64,000 bases of DNA. Source: Salpingoeca rosetta (taxonomy: Eukaryota; Protista; Choanoflagellata). The translations under genes were made by a program, and so were the position numbers. Below, piece by piece: positions 54,046-64,000 of the stretch; within the stretch, counting starts at the first letter, position 1; each line of letters starts with the position of its first letter. A model generated the notes under the pieces. It was not told where the DNA came from. It searched no databases and saw nothing but the letters and a program-made list of their open reading frames with translations. The stretch spans positions 1,113,194-1,177,193 of the forward strand of contig JAWQFM010000008.1 in the NCBI GenBank assembly GCA_033442325.1, read 5' to 3'.

Positions 54046-56230
54046 TTAGCGCTTGGCCTTGAGCTTCTTGAGGTAGAACTCAAGCTCCTTACCCTCAAGG
54101 ATGTAGCCGTCGCAGCGGCCAGACTGGCCAGGGCGAGACGCGATGCAAGCTGTGGTGTGTGGTGCGTAGAATGTGTGGCGAGGAGGAGAGACAGGAGCGA
54201 GCAAGACGGCAAGAGAAAAGAGGAAGGTGAGAACAAACCCAATACAAGGCAATCATATCGTGGAGACTGCGGTGCACATGACCTGCACATAAACTTTGCC
54301 TTACAAAGAAACAACACGGGTGGCTCGAAAGGAAACGATGCTCACCAACCCCTCCTCCCACACACACACACAACACACACACAAACGCATACAAGAACCC
54401 GGCAGCGCAGTGTACACACCGTAGAGGCGGCCAGAGTTGAACTGCTCCTCAAGCTTGGGGTCGAGCTTCTGGAACTTCTTGCGGGCGGCGTGCTTCTTCT
54501 TCGCCGACTTGGAGAACTGTGTTTCGGGCTCGTTGGCCTTCTTCTTGCCGAGGTGCACACCGTAGTGGGTCTCGTACCACGACTTGAAGGGGGTGGCATC
54601 AATGGCAATGATGGCGTTCTTCACAAGGGTCTTGGTACGCACAAGCTCGTTGTTGGAGGCGTTGTACACGACTGCAGCACCACCATTTAGCAAAGCAGAG
54701 AAGATGAACCAACGGAAGAAATGTGCGAGTCCAATATGGTGGTTGCATGCGTACAAAACAAACACAAACACAAGCAAGCCGTCAAAACACAGGCCATACA
54801 GATACGTCAAGCTGCTACGCCAACAAATCAACAGTGCAGATGCATATGCAGAAACACAAACACACCAAATGACAGAGTCAACACACACGCACACACGCTC
54901 AAACAAAGACACGCGAGGACGCACCATCGATCAGACGGGTCTTGCGGGAGACACCCTCGCTGGCCCAGGAGAAGTTGCCGGTCTCCAGACGAAGAGCGCG
55001 GAACTTCTGGTTGCCACTGTCATGGGACAAAGGACCAGAGTCGAACACAACACGCACACGTGCACACACAGTCGGTCATTAGCTTGGCATTGTAAACGTA
55101 CGGGAACAAACGGAGAAGCGCAAGCAGAGGGCTCAGCACAAAGCTGAACTGAACACACGAACCCTCCGTGGTGATGTGTTGTGCCCTTTCGCATGGCTTT
55201 GGCACTTCAAGCATATGCACCCAAACGAACACACACTTGTGGAGAAAGCAACGCACACGAAACATAATACGCCACACCCTCTCGCATGGCTTTGTTTGTG
55301 CAGAAACTTACCCCATGGTGCGCACGGGACGGATGCGCTTGGGGCCCATCAGCCTGGTCATGGCTGGGGGACGGCCGAGCTCGTACTTGCGCTTCATGCG
55401 GATCGCATTCTTGCGACCGCCGGTGGCGCGGCGCTTGTGGATGTTGGTTCGCGAGATACCCCTGTTGGAGAAGAAGGAAAACAAAGTCGACGTGAGGAGA
55501 CGAAACGGATAACGCCAAGAGTGAGAAACCGTGATAGGGAGCAAATGACAAGAGGTAACGAATGAAAAAGGAGAGATGGTGGTATCTCCCCCCTCCTCCT
55601 CAACACACAAACACACACACAACGTGGACGCTCGTGTTCCCCGCGTCTCTTCGCCTGTCTTTCTATCTTTGTCTTCTCATACACGTTGCTGCTGTTGTTC
55701 GTCAACCCAGCGCCGCCTCCAGCATGGCACGTTTCAAGAAACCACCAAAGTCACGCTGTCAACCCAACACCATCGTCATCGTCGCCACTGCCATGCTGCA
55801 TCATCGCGTGCTTGTGGTGCTGTGCTATGCTGGGCTGTCTTCGCGCACGCCTCAAGAACAAGCCCTCCCACAAACATGCGCAAGCACTGTTGTCTGTCAA
55901 GACGGTAACTGCTGATGGTGCGGCTGCTGGCAGTCAAGGAGCCGCTGTCAGGTACCCAGGCAAGGCTGTGGTCGCTGTTCATGGGCTGTTGGCTGCTGCT
56001 GTGGCTGCTGTTGTGGCTGCTTCTCATTCTCTGTCAACTGCAGTGCACATCTCTCAATATCTCACTCTCTCGCACTCATTCTGACTCGTGTGCGACGCCA
56101 GGGTCGCTGTATCCCCCCCCCCGGCTTCTTCCTCCTTGCCTTCGCGCTCTGCCATGGAGCGACCACCACACAGGAGCAAGCACCACGCGAGCACCACCAC
56201 TCTCGCCCTTCGCTCGCAAGGTACGCACAT
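54046..56230 (-). CDS. RPS8: 40S ribosomal protein eS8
   Basis: [90 protein letters not shown]. Start codon inferred as split AT|G by intron 56228-55462. Confidence 0.97.
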
Positions 56231-56267
56231 GATCGGCTGTCTTGAGGGGTCGAGGAGACACACACGC

Positions 56268-56284
56268 GGAAAGGGTGAAAAAGG
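56268..56284 (-). promoter_or_regulatory. Candidate 5'TOP/TCT-type pyrimidine initiator of RPS8
   Basis: Minus strand reads CCTTTTTCACCCTTTCC about 40 nt upstream of the inferred start, typical of ribosomal protein transcription starts. The TSS itself is not observed. Confidence 0.5.
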
Positions 56285-56622
56285 CACTCTGCTCGGCAGC
56301 CGCAGCACAAGAATCGCTTGTCGTTGATGTTTTCCTACAATCGTCAACAGCGCATGCTGCCTTTGCTTGAATGGCTGGAGCCCGAAAAATCCCACCCAGC
56401 CCATATCACGCACGCAAAATAGAGAAAAGCACCCATTTGTAAAATCAGACTTCTCCAAATGACGCTTTTCCTCGGTTTTGTCTAAAGCAAATTTGCCTTT
56501 CTTCAACCCTGAGCCCAAAGCTCAACCAACACACTCACCCACTGCGACCGAGCTGCAACCAACAAGAGGAGGAAGCACCACCATCACAATCACAATCACC
56601 TCTGCCTCATCTGCTCAACAGC

Positions 56623-59488
56623 ATGCTGCGCGTCGCGTCCTCGAGCTTGCGGCGGGCCTCCGTCGTGCGCCCACTGGGTCAGTGAGACAGTGTGTACGAG
56701 TGAGCGAGAGAGAGAGTGTGTGTGTGTGTGTGTGATGTGTGGTGCTTGTGTGTGTGATGTGCTTGTGTGTGTGTGTGTGGTGCTTGTGTTGCAGCACCTC
56801 AAGTTGCTGATGAAGAGCTCTGCACACCAGTACACCCCCCCCCCCACACACACACACACACACGCACGCACGCGCACACACACACACACAATCACACATT
56901 CCAACTCATGGCCATGAACGTGTACTGCTCGCTGCGCTCTGACACCAACACCACCACCAACACCACTGCCAACAACACCGCCAACAACACCGCCAACAAC
57001 ACCGCCAACAACACCGCCAACAAACCCAAACAGTGGCTGCACGGAGCTACTCGGAGCCTGCCTCTGATGGCCTGGTGGAGGTGTTTGTAGATGACATCCC
57101 GGTGCGCGTGGAGCCAGGCACCACCATCCTCCAGGCGTGCGAGGAGGCTGGCAAGCAGATCCCCCGCTTCTGCTACCACGAGCGCCTCTCCATCGCTGGC
57201 AACTGCCGCATGTGCCTCGTCGAGGTCAGTACCAAGTGATGTGTGTATGTGTGTATGTGTGTGGGGGGGGGGTGTGCTGGTGGGTGCTGTGGGTGCTGTG
57301 GGTGTACGCGCGCTTGTGCATGTGTGAACACCCTATCACTTGTCCATGTGGTTCAGCGTGATGCATAGCACGCACACACACACACACACACCACTGAGTG
57401 TCCTCGCATCACCGAAGCGCTTCCCCTTGTCTACCCACTCACAGCTATCCCATTCTCTTCTTGTCCTGCTGTCCTTGCACCGCCCAACCTCCCAACCCCC
57501 TGACTCAATGCTGCAGGTTGAGAAGTCACCAAAGCCAGTGGCTTCCTGCGCCATGCCCGTCATGCCTGGCATGAAGGTGCGCACAGACAGCGAGCAGACA
57601 AAGAAGGCCAGGGAGGGCGTCATGGAGTTCCTGCTTGTGAACCATCCGCTGGACTGCCCCATCTGCGACCAGGGTGGCGAGTGCGACCTCCAGGACCAGT
57701 CCATGGCCTTTGGCAGCGACCGCAGCCGCTTCTACATCGCCGACGGCAAGCGCGCCGTCGAGAACAAGAACATCGGGCCCCTCATCAAGACCATCATGAA
57801 CCGCTGCATCCACTGCACCCGCTGCGTGCGCTTTGGCAACGAGATTGCCGGCGTGGACGAGCTCGGCACCACGGGCCGCGGTAACGACATGCAGATTGGC
57901 ACATACATTGAGAAGATGTTCAACTCGGAGCTCTCCGGCAACGTCATTGACCTGTGCCCCGTGGGTGCGCTCACCTCCAAGCCCTACGCCTTCACCGCGC
58001 GCCCTTGGGAGCTGCGCCGCACAGAGTCAGTCGATACCCTGGACGCCGTCGGCTCAAACATTGTCGTCAACACCCGCGGTGGCGAGGTCATGCGCATCCT
58101 CCCACGCACCAACGACGATGTAAACGAGGTGCGCTTATGGGAGGACGGGGGTGGCTGTGGAAGAGGGAAAGGTGGAAAGGAAAGGGCTGTGAAGTGGTGT
58201 AAGGCTCGTGCCATAAGACTCTGCTGCATCAACGTGTCGCCAACCGCTTGTCCTTCCTCCTCCTCAGCCACACACGCAACACACGCCCTCTTTTCACGCC
58301 CTCACGCAACTCACGCACACCCCACGCTCACACATCCCGCGCACACCCTCACGTTGCTGGATATCAGGAGTGGATCAACGATAAGACCCGCTTTGCGTAT
58401 GACGGTCTCAAGCGCCAGCGCCTGACCACCCCTTACGTCAAGCAGAACGGTGTGTGTGTCTGTGGGTGTCTGTCTGTCTGTCTGTCTGTTTGTGTGGATG
58501 TGAGTGGGTGTATGGGTGGGTGTCTGTCTGTGGGTGTGTGCTGCACTTAATTTGAGTGAGCCGTGTTTCACTTGAGGTGCTTCTGCTTCCGTCGCTGCTC
58601 ACCCTTACCCCCTTGCGATTTCATGTTCATTTCGCTCCCCACGTCTGTTGCTCGTTGCAGGCCGCCTGGCCGAGGCTGATTGGAGCACGGCGCTTGCAAC
58701 GGCGCTGGTCACGCTGTCCAACGCCAAGAGCCCGGCCGTTGTGGCCGGCAGCCAGGCCGACGCCGAGGCCCTCATTGCCGCTAAGGACTTCCTCACCAGC
58801 AACTACGACGCCAACACTTTTGTGACCGAGCAGCGCATTCCACAGACACAGGGCGGCTCTGACTTCCGCACCAACTACCTCTTCAACACGTCCATTGCAG
58901 ACATTGAGGAGACAGACCTCCTGCTCCTTGTCGGCACCAACCCGCGCTTCGAGGGCTCCCTCATCAACGCCCGCATCCGCAAGGCATGGATGCAGAACGA
59001 GCTTGACGTTGCCATGGTCGGCGACAAGGTCGACCTCACCTACGAATACGACCACCTCGGTGCGTGTGCGCCGCATGTGTACTTGTCACATCAAAGTGCT
59101 CACTTGTGTACATGCGTACATGGGCATTGTGTCACCACTTTGTCAGCCTGAAACGGGCACCCCCCCCCCTTAATACGCACACGCACATGCACGCACACGC
59201 ACATGTGATGCAAGCTGTTTACTGCCATTCCTCACCACCCTTGTCTTTGGCGTCTGTTCCTGCTCCGTGCATCTGCGTTTTGTGAAACAGGCGATACGGT
59301 TCAGACACTGCAGGACATTGCCTCTGGCAAGCACGCGTTCAGCAAGCAGTGGAAGGCGGCCAAGCGTCCCATGATTGTTGTTGGGTCTGCTGCCCTTGAG
59401 GGCGAGCATGGCGATGCCCTCTTTGACCTCTCCTCCAAAATCGCCCAGCAGAGCCAGGTACAAACACACCACCACCAGCTGCTGCAGC

Positions 59489-59576
<88 letters not shown>

Positions 59577-59900
59577 GCTGTTGTTGCTGTTGTTGTTGCT
59601 GCTGCTGCTGCTTGGTCGAACGATGAGGAGCTTTGTTTTGTGTTTGTGTTCCTGTTTGATGTGAATTTTTGTGTGTGCGTACAACACCTACACCAACACG
59701 CTCGTCTCACGCGTCGGGTGTCTGTCCGTGCATGGTTGGCGTGCAACCCAAACAGGCGTTTGGCAGCGGCGAGTGGCGTGTGTTCAACGTTCTCCAGCGC
59801 TCTGCAGGTCAGGTTGCCGCCCTCGACCTCGGCTACACCTCCGCCTCCCTCAAGGGTCCGTATGCTCGCATGCTTACTGGGTGTATGCGTGACAGAGATA

Positions 59901-59953
<53 letters not shown>

Positions 59954-61214
59954 AGTCGTGCGCGTGAACATATGTGTCTCTGCTGTCGCGACGGGTCAGC
60001 GTGTGCTCATCGGGTGCTCATCGGGTGCAATCGTGTTTTCTCCTGCCTGCAAACAGATGCCGATGTTGTCTGGCTGATGCACGCCGACCAGTTTGATGAG
60101 AAGGAGCTCGAGGGCAAGACCGTCATCTACCAAGGTTACTACGCGTGTGTGTGTGCGTGTGCGTGCGTGTGTATGCGTGTGCGTGCGTGTGCGTGCATGT
60201 GCGTGTGTGTATGTTGTTGCAAAGGGCTCGCATATCTGTCCTTCCACCCACTCCTCTCAACGTGTGTGCACCAACAACACCGTCGTTGCAGGCTCCCACG
60301 GCGATAAGGGTGCGCAGTTTGCTGACATCATCCTTCCTGGTGCCGCATACACGGAGAAGGACGGCACCTTTGTTAACACTGGTATGTGCTCCCTTACACA
60401 CGCCGTGTATTTTGACCTCGTGGAGACGATCCATTGTCTGTGGCCTCCCTTGTTTGATCTTGCCCACTCACACCCGCGGCCCCACCATGGATGGCCTACA
60501 CCTCACCCCACCACTCCTCTCCCATCATCTCACACCATCTCACACCACCTCGCCATCTTGCCGTCACGCCGTCACGCCCTTTGCCTGGATTGGCTGTCGC
60601 TTCTTGTGATGCAGAGGGCCGTGTGCAGACCACCCGCACCGCCGTCACCCCGCCCGGCGATGCCCGCGTCGACTGGGAGATTGTCCGCGCCCTTTCCTCG
60701 GTGCGTACTTGTATTACAACCTGCCACACAGTGCAGGTGCTTGTTGTATGCAGCCATCAACCGTCCTGCCCTGCTTCACTCAGCAATTGTGCTATGTTTG
60801 AATGCCTTATGACAACAACATTCATTGCATTGCAATCGCATTTGGTTGAGCGCCTTCGTTTTGTTGTTGTAACCATCCTCTTCGTTAACAATCGTCAACA
60901 CTCGTTAATAATCCCCCCTCCCTACTGTTTGCTTCTGACGCACTTGCAGTTGACGGAGAAGCCACTTCCGTACGACACCCTCGGTGCTGTGCGCGCCCGC
61001 CTGGCACAAGTTGCCCCCCACTTTGCAAGCTATGATGTCCTCCAACCCGCCAACTTTGCCAAGATTGCCGCCGCACACGCAGCAAACAAGCCAGGTGTGC
61101 TGCCCGTCCCATGTGTTTTGAACACCGCATGTCAACATGCGATCTTGGTCGTTGCTTCCTCTCTCGGTCCTTCTCTTTCTTCAGCCCTCACCACCGCCAC
61201 CACCACCACCACCG

Positions 61215-61265
<51 letters not shown>

Positions 61266-61572
61266 TTTGTGTGTCTGTGCCTTCAGCGCCGGCTGATCTC
61301 CCTCTGGCAGTCCAGCAGAAGCAGCTCAAGGACTTTTACATGACAGACCCCATCTCCCGCTCATCTCTGGTGCGTACACATTTCCTCGTGTGTCTGGTCT
61401 TGTCTTGCTGCGCCATGCCTTCCCCCGCCGGTCTGTCCCCTGTGGTGGTGCGGTGTGCTGGCTCACGTGTGACTCCCCTGCAACTGTGTGTCTCTCGCCC
61501 CGCTGTGTGTTGCAGACGATGGCCAAGTGCGTCAAGGCAACTCAGAGGGTCGACCCCGACAAGAACTTCTGA
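56623..61572 (+). CDS. NDUFS1: Mitochondrial NADH:ubiquinone oxidoreductase 75 kDa Fe-S subunit
   Basis: Arg/Ser-rich presequence [18 protein letters not shown]; [22 protein letters not shown]; [19 protein letters not shown]; [11 protein letters not shown]; DLCPVGAL; EWINDKTRF; LPGAAYTEK; [17 protein letters not shown]. Confidence 0.98.
59489..59610. repeat. (TTG)n/(CTG)n trinucleotide tract in an NDUFS1 intron
   Basis: About 40 triplets between donor ~59458 and acceptor ~59755; non-coding. Confidence 0.9.
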
Positions 61573-62144
61573 TGACGCTCGTATTCACATCAAGCTCGAA
61601 GCGTGACACGCCACCCATCCACTGCCACCACCACGACGAGAACGAGATGGGCGCAAGGAGTGGAGTGGAGGATGAACATCAAAGATCAGAATACAGAGAC
61701 AGTGTGGTGGTGGTGGCGGCGGCGATGAAGGATTTCGTGGCTATGACGAACCCGCACCAGGAGTACAAACGTGGCGTGATGGTGTGTGTCTGTGTGTGTG
61801 TGTGTGTGTGTGCGTCTTGAGCAGTTATCGACATGAGAGAGAGTGTGTGTGTGTGTGTGTGTGTTTGAGTTATGTGTTTTGTGCGTGTGTGCGTGCGTGT
61901 GCTCTTCCTTCGTTTTGGTGCTGCTCTTCATATCGTTGCATCTTGTGTTGGGTTGCTGTATCTTTGCAATACAAGATGAAGACGAGATCAACGTCACAAG
62001 AACGAGGGTAAGCGAAAAGGGGGAAGGAAGGGACGCACGGTGATGTGATGTGACGACAACGCAGCTTGTGCAATCACGCCCCGCCCACGATACAACACAA
62101 TCAGCACAGAGCATCAGTACAAGTCACACATGCGTGCGCGTTGG

Positions 62145-62921
62145 CTATGCTTGTGAAGAGTCATCATGTGTGTGATGGCGTCGAGTTGAGGCAGACAGCA
62201 TGATTTGGCCATCCGATGAGCTGCGCGGGCGTTCCTGCACATCAGCCACTCGCAGCAAACCACTACGACCTGTTGCTGCTGTTGTTGCTGCTGCTTGGTG
62301 CCCGCCACTGCTGCCGTCGCGACTGTCACGCTGATCGCGTGAAAGGGAAGGTGGTGGTGATGGCGGGCCTTGGTGCTGCTGCAGCGGGTGTGTGGTGGGG
62401 GCTTGGCCTGATTGCGGCTGCAACAACGACGACAACACGTGTGACCGCGAACGCACAACCTCGGACACCGCACGCGGGCGGTTTGTTCGGGAGCGTGTTT
62501 GCGGCAGGTTGTGATGGTGATGGTGGTGATGGTGATGGTGGTGATGGTGATGGTGGTGGTGTGTCTGGCTTCTGGATCTCGACCGTGCTGGCGGCACGAG
62601 CAGACCCGCTTCCTCATCATCCACATCCGCATCAACACCAGAGACGTTGCCATCGGCAAAGGGCCGCGGGTGCAGCTGGGCAAACTGCAGCGCCAGCCGT
62701 GACGGGCTCATCGGCTGAGACACCGCCTGTGTACGCGGGGACTGCCATGCAGAGCTGCGCAGGTCACTCTCCTCAGCCTCGTTTGCGTCTTCCACGTCGG
62801 CGTCACTCGCGCCTTCATCCCGCACACCGCCAGCGCTGCTGCTGCTCAACCTTCCCGCGGTCTCCGCCACTTTAAGAGACGCCAATGGCGCAGCCCCTGT
62901 GCCCACAACACCACCACCAAC

Positions 62922-62960
<39 letters not shown>

Positions 62961-62979
62961 TTGCTGTTGTCGTTGTTGC

Positions 62980-63063
<84 letters not shown>

Positions 63064-63146
63064 GCAGGCGTTTGCGTTTCGAGTGTGGGTGGAGAAATGA
63101 GAATAGACGCGGTCTGCTCACTAGCCGTTGCCGATGCCATACCGGC

Positions 63147-63209
<63 letters not shown>

Positions 63210-63968
63210 TTGGTAGTGAGATGGTGGTAGCTGGTGGTGCTGTGGCGGTTGCTTATCGTGCTTGCTGTCACCCAATGTCAAGCGGCGTGCTTCCTTCTTC
63301 TCGCCCTGTTTGTGTTTCGCGCTAGTTGCCTGCCTAGCTCCTGCCTCTGCCTCACCCTTCCTCTTCTCCTGCACACGAGCTGCATCCGTGGTGGCTGTGC
63401 TGCCTCTCGCTGCTCCGTCGCCTGCCGCGTGTTCGCTCTTCGCCTCCCGGAGCACCTGCTGCGTGTGCACCTGGCTCACCCCGCTGCCCCCACCAGCATG
63501 CTGCCGCTGTTTCCACGACCGCCTGTGTCGCGTTTGCCGCTGCTGCTGGCTGCGCTGCTGTCGCCTCGCATCCGTCTCCGACAGCTCGTCGTCGCCCTCC
63601 ATGCCGCTACTGCACGCGCTCCCGTGCGGGCGCCTGCGCACACCCCCACGCATCATTGACGGTGGCAGCACGCCGCCAAAGGGCGCCGTGTCGTCCAGGG
63701 GTTCAGTGGACGACGCACCCGACGGCCGCACCCCAAGCAGCAGGCCATCATCCGATGACGCAGAAAGATCATCGTCGGCGTCGCCCCCATACGCCTCCGC
63801 TAGCTCGCTCGTCGCACCGCTCGGCCCGCTGGAAGCTTGCAGGCGTGCTGTTGCTGCGCTCGCGCTGCTCGCTTCGGCTTCATGGTCGTGGCGTCGCTGG
63901 CGGTGGGCAGCGGTAGCACCGCCTGCACTTTCATCAACAGACACCGATGCCACACGCTCAGCACTCTC

Positions 63969-64000
<32 letters not shown>
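62145..64000 (-). CDS. 3' portion of an uncharacterised low-complexity protein (poly-Q, poly-H, acidic patches); 5' end lies outside the window
   Basis: Frame is open for >600 codons up to the window edge (..QQQESAERVASVSV..), is GC-rich, and lacks intron-type dinucleotide repeats. No recognisable domain. Confidence 0.65.

Noticed and set aside
54150-56228. Intronic C/D or H/ACA snoRNAs in RPS8, as in vertebrates
   Set aside because: No convincing RUGAUGA/CUGA pair or hairpin-H-hairpin-ACA layout found by eye; not excluded without a covariance-model search.
59371-59687. Poly-Leu, poly-Cys and poly-Asn ORFs
   Set aside because: Lie inside an NDUFS1 intron with clean flanking splice sites; simple (TTG)n expansion.

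Overview
Eukaryotic, intron-dense genomic DNA with GT-AG introns full of (CA)n/(GT)n microsatellites and poly-Q/poly-E coding tracts. Style and gene content suggest a choanoflagellate such as Salpingoeca rosetta (inference, not verified). Most entries in the ORF track are microsatellite artefacts, so I built spliced models by hand. Thirteen genes are supported, in order: a partial tandem 4-TM-repeat membrane protein (-), JMJD7 (-), two-repeat TMEM175 (+), a MINDY3/4-like deubiquitinase with unusual inserts (-), GRXCR1-like (-), PIG-S (-), IFT122 (+), EFL1 (-), a large coiled-coil/PDZ protein (-), PDCD4 (+), RPS8 (-), NDUFS1 (+) and the 3' end of a low-complexity gene (-). No rRNA, tRNA, CRISPR array or transposon was recognised. 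Best leads: (1) a duplicated, covarying RNA hairpin with 18S-like sequence in RPS8 intron 2, a candidate splicing-feedback element; (2) a MINDY enzyme carrying three UIMs and a chromo-like domain with a nested RanBP2/NZF finger; (3) introns with GT repeats near the donor and CA repeats near U-poor acceptors; (4) two apparent reading-frame lesions (MINDY, IFT122) that may be assembly errors. Exon boundaries are manual and may be off by a few bases.
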